Virus record (IMG/VR): IMGVR_UViG_3300025141_000055
Span: 1-64,000 of that record
Strand: one strand, 5' to 3'
Source: a virus
Length of the DNA stretch: 64,000 nt
The translations under genes and the position numbers were made by a program. Positions 27,775 through 37,596 of this stretch are shown here, piece after piece (within the stretch, counting starts at the first letter, position 1; the number at the start of each line of letters is the position of its first letter). Under the pieces are notes generated by a model, which was given only the letters and a program-made list of their open reading frames with translations, did not search any database and was not told the origin of the DNA.

Positions 27775-29583
27775 GTGAGTATCTTATCCAAAATTCTTAG
27801 AGAAGCGGGGGGACATTTGACTAGCCCACAGGCTCGTCAAGCTTTCGTTGATGCGCTGAGCCGTTTAGATAGTAAGGCAGCACGGGAGGCACTTAATGAG
27901 ATGCGTAACCTTCCTAAACTTCTTCCAGGTGTTGAGGATGCTGCGCGAGTATTCCAACCTAAGATAGGGCTCCGTTTCCCTCCGGGAGCTAGATCTATTG
28001 TCGAAACAACGACGAAGAAAGGAACTACCGTAGCGCCTGGAAGAGGAATTGGTGGCCGCTTATATAGTCCTAAGCCTCACGCTACTCCTCTAAATGAAGC
28101 ACTCGTTAAGGGGACGGAGAGTATTGCGGATGCATCTCCTGAGACCCTCTATAAGGTTCTCGAAAGCCAAGTCGCCAGTAGTGGACTCCGCGGCACTATT
28201 CATCCACAGATCCTCCAGAGGATGGCGACGGAAGGATTGGGACCAGAATTCCTTCCTCAAGTGGCTCAGCTTGTACGTAGGGGTCAGTTCCCCTCCCCGG
28301 TTGCGATAAAAGGAAGCTTGAGCAAGCTTGTGAGGCAAGCGCCTGCTCCTAAACCTCAATGGACTATTAAAGTTAGCGAGCTGAGTCCAGAGCTACGGGC
28401 TTTAAGTGTTAATGATCCCGGTACTTTTAAATCTCTTTCGGAGATCGCTCAACGAGCAGGGACTCATTACAAGGTAAATCCTCAAACTATTTTAGAAAGA
28501 ATTTCTCGCCCCGGAGGGACAGAATTTTTAAGGAGACTCGACGATGGTGCACGCGAAGCCATGGGAGCTATTACTCGTACTCCGGGCGGAAAAATTGTAC
28601 GTACTCCAGCTGGGGCGCGTTTTGAGCCCGTCAGTGTCCGCGTGGTGAATGGCCAGCGTCAACTAGCTGGTGGTGAGGTACCTATAGGGTTACTTGCACG
28701 TGATGCAGCAGTGGGTAATCGGGTAGCTGATCTCCAGCAGATTTTACGTAACCGAGGGGTCCAACTCGGGTTAGGAGGATTAGTCGTTGGTGGTGGTACC
28801 GCAGCTTATTTGAGTAATCAAAGCCCACCCCCTACGGAAGGTTCTGCTCAACTTCCAGATGCCACCCCTGGAGTTATTTTCCGCGAGGATAACGGGGATG
28901 TATTAGGCGATGTAACACCACCTCCTCCGGTACCTAATCCTCCGGGTCCTGGAAACATCGATCCAACACCCCCTCAGGGTTTAGGTTCTGACGAGAGAGA
29001 TAGTGATCGTCGTGCAGCTTTAGGGCAAGCCGATCCGGCTGCGGCTGCTATTGACCGCGCTCTTGAGCCTCTGGACCCAAGTAAGTACGGAAGTATTGCG
29101 GATTACTATGCCGCTCGGAAGGCCTATGTGGATCAACAGGATATCCGTCGTGCTCTGATGAGATCCACGATTCACGGAGTTGAGTCACCCCAAATTGCGG
29201 CCAATCTAGCCGCCTGGGCACAGGCACACCCGGGATTAGCTTATGAACTTCAGCAGCGTCAGTTAGTTAACCCTAATGCTAGTCAACAAGGGGTCGGCTC
29301 TATTACCAATACAACTCAAATGTCCACAATGGGTGGCAATGTTCCTCAAAGTGCAGTAGCTACGGCTAATGCAGTTGAGAATCAGCTTCATACTGGAGCG
29401 ACGCAGGGAGGCACTGAAATAGCCGTAGCTAATGAAACCTTTAATTCTCCGGTTCTCCAGAATGTACGTCGAGACATCTCAGAAGCTTATCTCAATGCGG
29501 GTCGTAACCAAGCGCAAGGCAAAGGGTCTGTAGCCAAGAATTTGGCCTACCTGCAAGATAATTTTGCCCACCTACGTAGGTGA
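27775..29583 (+). CDS. Putative internal virion/ejection protein
   Basis: 602 aa low-complexity helical protein with a central GLGGLVVGGG TM segment and Pro-rich linker. Confidence 0.5.
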   Translation: MSILSKILREAGGHLTSPQARQAFVDALSRLDSKAAREALNEMRNLPKLLPGVEDAARVFQPKIGLRFPPGARSIVETTTKKGTTVAPGRGIGGRLYSPKPHATPLNEALVKGTESIADASPETLYKVLESQVASSGLRGTIHPQILQRMATEGLGPEFLPQVAQLVRRGQFPSPVAIKGSLSKLVRQAPAPKPQWTIKVSELSPELRALSVNDPGTFKSLSEIAQRAGTHYKVNPQTILERISRPGGTEFLRRLDDGAREAMGAITRTPGGKIVRTPAGARFEPVSVRVVNGQRQLAGGEVPIGLLARDAAVGNRVADLQQILRNRGVQLGLGGLVVGGGTAAYLSNQSPPPTEGSAQLPDATPGVIFREDNGDVLGDVTPPPPVPNPPGPGNIDPTPPQGLGSDERDSDRRAALGQADPAAAAIDRALEPLDPSKYGSIADYYAARKAYVDQQDIRRALMRSTIHGVESPQIAANLAAWAQAHPGLAYELQQRQLVNPNASQQGVGSITNTTQMSTMGGNVPQSAVATANAVENQLHTGATQGGTEIAVANETFNSPVLQNVRRDISEAYLNAGRNQAQGKGSVAKNLAYLQDNFAHLRR

Positions 29584-29612
29584 TTTAAACTTACTTTATT
29601 AGGCCTCTTTCC

Positions 29613-30224
29613 ATGTCCTCCGACTATCCCAATTACGCAGGACCTGCCGGTCCAGGGTCCCTCTCCGATTATTCCGTCGTGGCAGAAGCCCCACCTTCGG
29701 TTCATGGCGAAGATCGTCCACGTCGCTCCGGGTTTGCAGGGATTATTGATGAGATAGGTCTGTTCGCGAGGAATGTTACCCCAGCTGCGGAAAGAGTGAT
29801 TGATATTGTACGTATGTCGAGGGGTCAACGTCCTATTTATTCTGTATATGATAAGTACTACGGGCGTGGAGGATTAGGTCCCGGAGGGAGATATGGAGGA
29901 CAGCGTTTAGGTGAGGTTATAGATGGTATAAGAAGTAGAAATCAAGAAAGATGGAATAGACAGGATAAGAGCAGAGGAACACAGCCCGCTCCTACGCCCT
30001 CTGCTGGTGAAGAAGGGACTGATTCATTATTAAAGAGTGGAGATACTTTAGTTAATAACTTACAGGCTCAGATTGATGCACTTCAGGAGGAACTCAATGC
30101 ACTTAGAGAAGCCGATGCCGAGGTAGGGGTGTCAGATGTAGAATTAGGGCCGGGTGCTCGTATACCGGTTCAGCCTTGGGGAGGGGATACACTGGTAGAT
30201 CCTACCCGGGCCCTCTCCCCCTAA
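29613..30224 (+). CDS. Hypothetical (probable virion) protein
   Basis: ORF track; coiled coil NLQAQIDALQEELNAL. Confidence 0.55.
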   Translation: MSSDYPNYAGPAGPGSLSDYSVVAEAPPSVHGEDRPRRSGFAGIIDEIGLFARNVTPAAERVIDIVRMSRGQRPIYSVYDKYYGRGGLGPGGRYGGQRLGEVIDGIRSRNQERWNRQDKSRGTQPAPTPSAGEEGTDSLLKSGDTLVNNLQAQIDALQEELNALREADAEVGVSDVELGPGARIPVQPWGGDTLVDPTRALSP

Positions 30225-30248
30225 TTCAAGTATTTGTCGTAAACACTA

Positions 30249-30806
30249 ATGGCCTCCACTTCGACTAATAAACAACCCTTAATGGTTGACCGTCCTTTCC
30301 TGAGAGGAGCGAGGTTCACTAGTGGGTCGACAACGGTCACTAACCAGGGCAATCCTACTTTTAGTAACCTAGTTCAACTGGTGAGGGTGGGTGATATTCC
30401 CTCTGAAGATGGCGGACTCGTAGAAGATCTTTGGGTAGTCTCTAATGAGGGATACCCTGATACGGCAGGTATTTATTCTGCCGCCTTTGGTGTTTACCTT
30501 TATGCGCCGGACCAGGCAGCTCCATCTTCTTCATCTTCCCTATTATTAGGAAAATTCGAGGTCGGACTATCAGGCAGTACTGAGGGTTTGATTCAACGTG
30601 TCGAATTACCCGCAACTATCGCCCCTACTCCACGTACCGGTGATACTAACTTGGCAAGGCCAATTGAGCTTGGTAAGTCTGAAGCAATGTATTTAGAGAA
30701 AGGTTATATCCTATGTATTGGATACTATGGAAATGGGCCAGCCGCTGTTTCAGGTGGTCTTAGTGCTTCCGGGTTGTCTATATTTGCCCAAGGTGGTTTT
30801 TATTAA
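30249..30806 (+). CDS. Probable tail/virion protein
   Basis: Beta-rich; MASTSTNKQP.MVDRP N-terminus, C-terminal AQGGFY; four SG motifs. Confidence 0.65.
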   Translation: MASTSTNKQPLMVDRPFLRGARFTSGSTTVTNQGNPTFSNLVQLVRVGDIPSEDGGLVEDLWVVSNEGYPDTAGIYSAAFGVYLYAPDQAAPSSSSSLLLGKFEVGLSGSTEGLIQRVELPATIAPTPRTGDTNLARPIELGKSEAMYLEKGYILCIGYYGNGPAAVSGGLSASGLSIFAQGGFY

Positions 30807-30809
30807 AAA

Positions 30810-32396
30810 GTGGGAAGCCGCATAGGTCAGAATCACTTCGGTAGTTCTACTTTTGGTTATAAGAGTTTTGAGCGGCGCTCTTCTAAGTTTGCGTTTAAAA
30901 ATCTGCACGGAGCGGACACTACGCGCCAACTAAATAGAGCAATGCCTCCGGAAGCTAAGTTTCGTCCCCAGACGGAACTGAAGGATTTCGGTTTACTTAG
31001 TGACTATGATTATGCCTCTCTTTGGTGCAGATGGAGACGAGGGTATGAGCTTTATATGTATGCGGATCAGGCCTTTGTAGGAATGAACTATACGTTCAGA
31101 TACTACATTTCCGGTACACAGAATTTGGGCCCTGCTATTCCGGGGGCGGTGTGGATGTATCCGTCTATGAAACAGGACATGGCGATGCATGTCACTACGA
31201 TTAGGCCACGCGATGTTTATAACTTTCTTGACTACGGTCTCGCTATCCAGAGTGTTACAACCTATTCTGAAGGGATCCTGGCGGTTGTTCTAAATGGAAA
31301 CTTCGGGCCTCCCGTTACCTACTTTATCGGTGAAGTATTATCTGACCGCTTTAATGCGGATGGTACAGAGAAGACAAGTTACGGTAACTATACTCTTGTC
31401 AATGTTGGTACAGATGGGGTTATTGCTGATCCCTCCACTAGTGCTCATGGGGATCATAATACTTTGTTTTTAGCTAATGGAACTAATACTAGTTGGAGTG
31501 TAATCGATAGTAATACCCTCAGTGCTCCGGCGGCATCCAACCCTACCCCCGGAGATTATTTAACAACGGAGTATCGCTACAGTTGTAGTTGTCCTGATTA
31601 TGTAGGACGAGAGGATTTCAATCTTTATAAGTACAACACAAAACGAATATATCCTTACACCCTCCCTCAAGATTTGAAACCGGGCACTTACGATCCGGGG
31701 GGAACCGAAACTGGTCCGGAGAGATTACAAGAGACTCGCGACTATCCGGGTGCAGCCCGCGACTTCGGTTTTATCTATGTCAATACTCTCTTAAAGGCTC
31801 CGGAATATAAAGATGATGGGAAGACATTTTCCGATCCCAATATGTACTTTTATATGCCTAAGTGGTGTAAGCATCTTTATGCATCCTTTTTCGACTTAAG
31901 GAATCGCTTACCGGCTACCGCTACGGTTATTAATCCGTGGTTAGATCAGCCCGCCGATGAGCCCATGGATGGAAGATATAGACAGTATTTCTTTAAGCAG
32001 CTTAAGAAAGAAACTGATTCACGGAAACGTGATAAAGATCTCGCTTGGTGGGAGAAATATAGTCCTTCAATGACGGATACTCCTACGCATTTGATGTATC
32101 CGGATATGTTCCCCGCGGTCATTAAGGCCCTTAATTTTGATACTGCTATTTCGGGAGCTGATTCTAGTCGGCCTATCGTAGCCAGTGGCTTCGTCATGAC
32201 GAAAATTGGTGACTACAATCCTTTCTTACCTATTTCCGAGCGAGATATCATTGATGGAGGGCACTATGAAGATGGTGACCTAGTTCCATTAGCTTCAGGT
32301 CTCGTTGCCCCTCTCTTTAATGGGGGGCAATATGACGATGGGGTTACCATTCCTCCTTCTATTGAGCCTCTTTTAATTAACGGGGGTGTTTATTAA
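30810..32396 (+). CDS. Probable tail protein with a split SWIM-like Zn finger
   Basis: CSCPDY...WCKH; three C-terminal (D/N)GGxY motifs; coupled to the next fibre gene. Confidence 0.6.
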   Translation: MGSRIGQNHFGSSTFGYKSFERRSSKFAFKNLHGADTTRQLNRAMPPEAKFRPQTELKDFGLLSDYDYASLWCRWRRGYELYMYADQAFVGMNYTFRYYISGTQNLGPAIPGAVWMYPSMKQDMAMHVTTIRPRDVYNFLDYGLAIQSVTTYSEGILAVVLNGNFGPPVTYFIGEVLSDRFNADGTEKTSYGNYTLVNVGTDGVIADPSTSAHGDHNTLFLANGTNTSWSVIDSNTLSAPAASNPTPGDYLTTEYRYSCSCPDYVGREDFNLYKYNTKRIYPYTLPQDLKPGTYDPGGTETGPERLQETRDYPGAARDFGFIYVNTLLKAPEYKDDGKTFSDPNMYFYMPKWCKHLYASFFDLRNRLPATATVINPWLDQPADEPMDGRYRQYFFKQLKKETDSRKRDKDLAWWEKYSPSMTDTPTHLMYPDMFPAVIKALNFDTAISGADSSRPIVASGFVMTKIGDYNPFLPISERDIIDGGHYEDGDLVPLASGLVAPLFNGGQYDDGVTIPPSIEPLLINGGVY

Positions 32397-32965
32397 TGTC
32401 ATCTACTCCAGTAACCCTTCTCTTCAAACGAACGGGTAATGCCGCTGACCGCCCTAGTGGAGCGACGGTTCAAACAGGTGAGCCGGCTATTTGTTTTGGA
32501 GCAGCAGATCCTGGACTTTACTTTAAGGATTCGGCGGGATCTATCCGAAAAGTAGGAGGCTCCGCATACGCTGCTAGTGCCCCTAACTCGACCCCGGTAG
32601 GCTCACCAGGAAATTCCACCGGAGAGATCTGGGTTGATTCCTCAACTTCCGAGAAGTATTTGAAAGTGTGGAATGGGGCAGCTTGGGACAAAGTAGGAGC
32701 GGCTTTTGCAGATACATCTGCTACAGCGACGGTTCCCTTTGCCTCTGGCGCTGCTTACGCTGATTCTGCATTAGTGGCGTCCGGCGCATTTGGAGCCATT
32801 ATGGCTTCCGGTGTGATCACTGCCACAGGGGTGCCTGTCGCCGATATCTATACCGGAGCACTAACAGGAACAGGGCCTTCCGGCTCCTTCCGTTATAAAG
32901 CGGATGATACGGGTAGTCCTAGTGGAATTTATGTGGCTTATGCAGGTGGGTGGGCGTTAACTTAA
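32396..32965 (+). CDS. Tail fibre protein
   Basis: KRTG....RP......GEPA......PGLYFKD N-terminal fibre domain; GEIWVD.....LKVWNG..W repeat; ASG repeats. Confidence 0.75.
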   Translation: MSSTPVTLLFKRTGNAADRPSGATVQTGEPAICFGAADPGLYFKDSAGSIRKVGGSAYAASAPNSTPVGSPGNSTGEIWVDSSTSEKYLKVWNGAAWDKVGAAFADTSATATVPFASGAAYADSALVASGAFGAIMASGVITATGVPVADIYTGALTGTGPSGSFRYKADDTGSPSGIYVAYAGGWALT

Positions 32966-32978
32966 AGAGAGGAGAAGA

Positions 32979-33242
32979 CTACATGGAGGATAATACTGAG
33001 CCCAAACTACAGGCCTCTTCTTCGGCGGGAGACTCGGATCCATTTAAGTATTTTTGAAGAGCGTCTTGGTTGACTCTATAAAGGGACTTAGCTCCATTTG
33101 GTTGGAGATTAACAAATATTCCTTTGGGCCAGCCTCCTGGTTGATTAGCTTCGGCTAGTGCAATCCGCTTACGTACAAACCCCGCAGAACAGTTGAGTAG
33201 TTCGGCAGTTTGAGCAATTGTAAGTAACCGAGAAGAATCCAT
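32979..33242 (-). CDS. Excisionase-like (HTH_17) DNA-binding protein
   Basis: LLTIAQTAELLNCS..FVRKRI...YRV...AL..YL. Confidence 0.75.
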   Translation of the reverse strand: MDSSRLLTIAQTAELLNCSAGFVRKRIALAEANQPGGWPKGIFVNLQPNGAKSLYRVNQDALQKYLNGSESPAEEEACSLGSVLSSM

Positions 33243-33401
33243 TTGATTACAGAAGTTCAGTGTGTGAGGACGTGCAGAGGTTAGCAGGTATGATGTCTGC
33301 GCGACTGTGCCATTGTGTATTTTATATTCTCTTCATATTTAGGTCCCTCATATTAGCAAATATACATTCGCGCTAGAATAATTGGAGACTGTACTTGCTT
33401 T

Positions 33402-33653
33402 ATGGACCCTCAAGACACTTGCGTTCGTGTGGGGCTTTCCCTAGAGGATGATTTAACCCTAACGAGAGTTAAAAAGAAGGCTTATTCATTAAAGGGAGAC
33501 GCGCGTGATCAATATCTTTGGAAAACCATCTTTAGATTCGTATGTCGAGAGCGCGCGTATAAATCAGTCATGCAAGAGATCGGCGTGGTCGTCGATACTA
33601 ACGTTGATCTTTTTGGTGACGACGAGCGGTATAATAACATCGACGCTGCTTAG
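33402..33653 (+). CDS. NblA-like protein (putative)
   Basis: LSLEDD...DQYL...VCRERAYKSVM aligns by eye with NblA LSLEQQF...DFL...VVREATYQELL. Confidence 0.5.
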   Translation: MDPQDTCVRVGLSLEDDLTLTRVKKKAYSLKGDARDQYLWKTIFRFVCRERAYKSVMQEIGVVVDTNVDLFGDDERYNNIDAA

Positions 33654-33657
33654 TCAG

Positions 33658-34296
33658 ATGCCCATCATCGGTAAGTTAGTGAGAGAGGCCCTACCGTGGG
33701 TACTCAAAGCAGCTGCTTTCGAAGGTGCGCGGCGTGTAGTTACCGGTGAGGAACCCTCTCCAGTTGTACCTCCTCAGACTGAAGGCGTTCCTAACACACC
33801 CCCCATCAAGGAGAGTTACTTACCTGCCATATCTCCCAGTGAACGGCTGTGGCTAGATACTATTTCATTTATGGAGGGGACTTGGAATTCTAAGAAGAAT
33901 GCACCGGAATATCGGATGATGTTTGGAGGAGGGCTTGCACCTAATCTTGATATTCATCCCGATAATCCAATTACTAGTGGACGTCATACGAGTGCAGCAG
34001 CCGGAGCTTATCAATTTATGCCTTTTACCTGGGATTCTGCAGCTAAAGCTTTAAAGTTACGTTCTTTCGGCCCTGTGGAGCAAGACCATGCGGCCCTTCG
34101 TCTGCTGAGGAACAGAGGGGTAGATCCGAGTGTAGACCCCATCTCTCCCGACACCCTTCATTTAATCGCCGGCGAGTGGGCGGCGTCTCCTCTACGCTCC
34201 GGCGCCAGTTATTATGCTCATTTGGGACAGCGGGCTAAAGCTCATAACGTTATCTTCGATTTTGCGAGAAGACGGCGTCAACAATTAATACCTTAA
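33658..34296 (+). CDS. Lambda-type lysozyme/lytic transglycosylase (GH104-like), probably virion-associated
   Basis: LDTI..MEGT, Y..MFGG, HP, SAAAGAYQF..TW, F.P..QD.AA, EWA; start set at MPIIGK. Confidence 0.85.
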   Translation: MPIIGKLVREALPWVLKAAAFEGARRVVTGEEPSPVVPPQTEGVPNTPPIKESYLPAISPSERLWLDTISFMEGTWNSKKNAPEYRMMFGGGLAPNLDIHPDNPITSGRHTSAAAGAYQFMPFTWDSAAKALKLRSFGPVEQDHAALRLLRNRGVDPSVDPISPDTLHLIAGEWAASPLRSGASYYAHLGQRAKAHNVIFDFARRRRQQLIP

Positions 34297-34340
34297 GATT
34301 AGAACTAATAGTCTAAAATAAGGTATACACGAGGCGTAGA

Positions 34341-35198
34341 ATGTCCGACGTTATTTGGGGTGACATCGCCCCGGGCTCTATAGGTGGGATGGACTACAGC
34401 AATACACCCGATTGGAACGTCCCCTACGATACTGGCTCGGACCCTGGTTGGACAACTAGTCCTTTCGGCAACACTCCTTTTTCGGGGGATGTTTTTAGTG
34501 GAGACCAGTTGGGAGGCCTTATGGATAATAATCCGTGGACTTCTTCTACGGGTACTGATTCGAGTTCGGGAGGAGGTATATGGGGAGCGCTTACAGATAA
34601 TGCACCTGATATTATTCGTCTAGCAGGTTCTATTTTTAGTGGTCTTGGTGGGAATGATAATGGCGGAGGAGATCCTAGTGCCGGTTTCTGGGGTCAGGAG
34701 TATCAGCGACAAGCTACCGAAGAACTCGATAATCGAGCCGCTGCTACCTACGATCAAATTAAGGATATTATGTCCGATATTAGAGGACTAACCGGAGTAA
34801 GTACTCCGGATGCGGTTCAAAACTATATGACTCGTTTTGATGACACTATGGATCGCTTCCATACTATAGGTCGTCAAGATGTAGAAGGGTTTAGTCCTCA
34901 TATTTCGGAGGAGTATGATCGCCTAGGAAACCGTATAGATGCCGCCCGAAAGCAATATAGCCTGATGAGAGATCCAGCTTTTAAACAAGCTTATAAGGAT
35001 CCTGATGCGGTTTCACCAGTTAATACTCAATCTATTAAGAGCACTATGACTCTGGGACCCGAGTTTGCTCATCACTATGATTACACTGATGCTGCTACTC
35101 AAGCGATGATCCGTGGTAGAGAGGAAGCACTTCCAGCAGCAGCGAATTTCTATGCAAATGATGCCGCTGTGCGTGAATTAATGAATTATGGTGTCTGA
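34341..35198 (+). CDS. Putative internal virion/ejection protein
   Basis: G/S/D-rich N-terminus, helical C-terminus. Confidence 0.5.
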   Translation: MSDVIWGDIAPGSIGGMDYSNTPDWNVPYDTGSDPGWTTSPFGNTPFSGDVFSGDQLGGLMDNNPWTSSTGTDSSSGGGIWGALTDNAPDIIRLAGSIFSGLGGNDNGGGDPSAGFWGQEYQRQATEELDNRAAATYDQIKDIMSDIRGLTGVSTPDAVQNYMTRFDDTMDRFHTIGRQDVEGFSPHISEEYDRLGNRIDAARKQYSLMRDPAFKQAYKDPDAVSPVNTQSIKSTMTLGPEFAHHYDYTDAATQAMIRGREEALPAAANFYANDAAVRELMNYGV

Positions 35199-35503
35199 TG
35201 AGCGATTTCGAACGTTCCGGCCCAGAAAGGCGAGCTGAAAGCCACGTCAAACGTCGCCTACATCATGTAGACCGCAATCCGCACTTCTTTCGCTTCGCTG
35301 GAGAATTATTTAACACTGCGAAGAAGCACAAACACAGAGAGGATATCCGGGAAGAAAGAGAAAGAATGCAAAGAAAAAGACCTGTCGGAATAGGTTTTGG
35401 TGAGAATGATAATTATGGGCCAGATGACTCGTGGGACACTGCTGAGGAACTTAAATATAAACCCGTCCCAGAGTACTATACAAAGCAGAGAAGTGAGTGG
35501 TAG
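35198..35503 (+). CDS. Hypothetical charged protein
   Basis: Stop/start coupling with the upstream gene. Confidence 0.55.
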   Translation: MSDFERSGPERRAESHVKRRLHHVDRNPHFFRFAGELFNTAKKHKHREDIREERERMQRKRPVGIGFGENDNYGPDDSWDTAEELKYKPVPEYYTKQRSEW

Positions 35504-36029
35504 CCTCTTGGTAATTATTAATTGAAGGCAAATAAAAGATAAAACCGAATACTTTGGAGCTTCTTACTTTATTAAGTTCTTTATTATCTATCAATAGTTT
35601 GGGGCGCTCCTTCAGAATACAAATAGGGAAGTCAAACCCTATTCGTTGCGTAGAAAGAAGGGCCACTTCCGAAGAAGTAATAAATATAATTGCCTGATCA
35701 AACTCTTTCCGTAACCACTTTTCATAAGCTAGTTCTAACCATACACGTTGACTGGATTTTTTAAATCGAGTTGTTTTTTGAAAAAGACGCGTCTCTTTGG
35801 GTTGTTCATCCCCTGCTAGAACATCCCGGGGAGGGTATAAATAAAGATTTTTGGCTTTCCAGGTTTGTTTGAGGCCATTATCCCTCCAAGTAAAGTACTT
35901 GGTGGCCCCCACAACCTTATTAGCATGGGGACTAGAAGCCGGATCTAGGTCAATTTCCCCACCAAAAAAGGTCGTGGTGGTTCCTATTACATCAAAAGGG
36001 GAAACAAAATCTCTAGATAATAAGACCAT
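35451..36029 (-). CDS. Phage N6-adenine DNA methyltransferase-like protein with atypical catalytic motif
   Basis: IDLDPASS..AN..V.A..YFT..DNGL.Q.W is typical of phage Dam-like MTases, but LYPPR replaces NPPY. Confidence 0.6.
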   Translation of the reverse strand: MVLLSRDFVSPFDVIGTTTTFFGGEIDLDPASSPHANKVVGATKYFTWRDNGLKQTWKAKNLYLYPPRDVLAGDEQPKETRLFQKTTRFKKSSQRVWLELAYEKWLRKEFDQAIIFITSSEVALLSTQRIGFDFPICILKERPKLLIDNKELNKVRSSKVFGFIFYLPSINNYQEATTHFSALYSTLGRVYI

Positions 36030-36432
36030 TGGCGTACTCGTCTATTTTTTTATTGCATTCTTCCGCATCCAAAAGATGGATGGCAACACCCGCATCATGG
36101 ATCATGGCGATAAGAGCAAGATCGGATTCATGTTCTTTTTCGATAATTTTGACGACGCGTTGGAACAACTCTTCTGCTTCTTTATTCATCACTTCTTGAG
36201 CAACCGCTATATCCGCTTCGAGGTCGGTGATCGTGAGATACCTGCTTTTATCCGGTTCTTCAGGGTTAAATACCAGGATACCCTTTCCTCTTACTCCTTT
36301 ATGGTCAAAATATAGTTTCGTAATATCGGCCAGAATCATCCGCATCGTGCCAGCGGCGACCATATTATCGGTTTCACTTTTTCCAAAGAGCTGTTTAATT
36401 AATAATGTGGCATTCCTAGAAGGATCAGACAT
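36013..36432 (-). CDS. Hypothetical protein
   Basis: ORF track, start set at MSDPS. Confidence 0.6.
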   Translation of the reverse strand: MSDPSRNATLLIKQLFGKSETDNMVAAGTMRMILADITKLYFDHKGVRGKGILVFNPEEPDKSRYLTITDLEADIAVAQEVMNKEAEELFQRVVKIIEKEHESDLALIAMIHDAGVAIHLLDAEECNKKIDEYANGLII

Positions 36433-36751
36433 GTTGAAAGTTACTCCAAGCGGAATTAATGATGGCGTGCGGGTCATAGAGGAATTTAGAGCTATTACGC
36501 TCCTCTGGATCTAGTTTACAAAAGTGCTTTCCTTCGACAAGCCCTGACTTACCTCCGGAAGCAATACCCTGGTGAATTAGACGATCTAAAGCCACAGCGG
36601 GGATGTTTAAGCGTTGACACATCGACCGCTTCGAGAGAAAAGCCGTAGTGCGGTGTTCTTTATCGCGTTGAGCCGCTAATAATTGCAGTGAGACATCGAT
36701 ACCAGCGAGAGAATCGCGGATAGCTTTTATTTCGCGAAGAGAGGTGTCCAT
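36425..36751 (-). CDS. Putative winged-helix DNA-binding protein
   Basis: FLSKRSMCQRLNI...L.RLI..G...L.EG.HF pattern; start set at MDTSL. Confidence 0.55.
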   Translation of the reverse strand: MDTSLREIKAIRDSLAGIDVSLQLLAAQRDKEHRTTAFLSKRSMCQRLNIPAVALDRLIHQGIASGGKSGLVEGKHFCKLDPEERNSSKFLYDPHAIINSAWSNFQHV

Positions 36752-36782
36752 GTAATAAAAATAAAGGAGGGGAGAGTTTATC

Positions 36783-37208
36783 TCAGGCCAGTAAGCGAGC
36801 GGCCTGGGTGGTGAAATCGTGAGGCTCCTCAATAAGGAGAATAATAAGCTTATTTAATTTTTCTTCGACGTCGATAGTATTTTCGCTCTTCAAAGTGAGC
36901 CAGTAGGTATAAGCACTTAGTAAATGATGGTGAGTTTGCTTCGCCTTTAGGGCTTGGAGCCTCCATTTTTCAAAGTCTAAATTGCTGTTATGGCGTGAAC
37001 TACCTATTTTTAACTCTAATTCTCTTATTTTTATCTGAGTTTCTATATCATCGAGGATAAATTGAGTGGCACTTACTTTAGCCTTGCAATCCGCCAACGA
37101 GGAGGGTGGCTCATTATCGGTATAAATCCACAAAGGGAGGTTTGGGATACGATATTTTTCCTCCCATAGAGGAGTCTTCTCCTCATTACTAGTTTCACGC
37201 AACGGCAT
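36783..37208 (-). CDS. Hypothetical coiled-coil protein
   Basis: ORF track, start set at MPLRE. Confidence 0.55.
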   Translation of the reverse strand: MPLRETSNEEKTPLWEEKYRIPNLPLWIYTDNEPPSSLADCKAKVSATQFILDDIETQIKIRELELKIGSSRHNSNLDFEKWRLQALKAKQTHHHLLSAYTYWLTLKSENTIDVEEKLNKLIILLIEEPHDFTTQAARLLA

Positions 37209-37596
37209 GGAGTTCGGTGAGTATTTCTTCGATAAATAAGTTGAAATCGCCATTTAAACAATAAAGGGAGTGCTGTTCGAACCGGATGTTAACTACTAAC
37301 CCAAGGCGAGCTAACTTGCGAAGATGCTCACGGGTCGTATTGGGAGTTTGTCCTAGAGCCGTGGTTAACTCTTTTACGTCCGTTGGTTGTAAAAATTTTA
37401 GCTCCTCTATAAGATAACCAATTTTTTCGATTTCCCGTCTACGGATCGCACGCACTGTATCGATCTGACGGAGAGATCTAAGGAAAGCTGATCGCGCAAA
37501 AGAAGTTGGGTCGTTTTGGAAGAAACTCCCTGCGCGGCTAGCTTCTGAATGTAATGACGAATGGGCTGAGAAACTTTGGCGGCAGGACTGCGACAT
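37195..37596 (-). CDS. ArsR-like winged HTH protein (start uncertain)
   Basis: P.DVKELTTALGQTPNTTREHLRKLARLGLV......YCL. Confidence 0.65.
   Translation of the reverse strand: MSQSCRQSFSAHSSLHSEASRAGSFFQNDPTSFARSAFLRSLRQIDTVRAIRRREIEKIGYLIEELKFLQPTDVKELTTALGQTPNTTREHLRKLARLGLVVNIRFEQHSLYCLNGDFNLFIEEILTELHAVA

Noticed and set aside
27775-29583. Tape measure protein
   Set aside because: No periodic aromatic repeats or adjacent tail tube/chaperone frameshift pair; fits an ejection protein better.
32979-33242. Prophage integration module
   Set aside because: Only an excisionase-like HTH is present; no integrase, att site or flanking host genes are visible.
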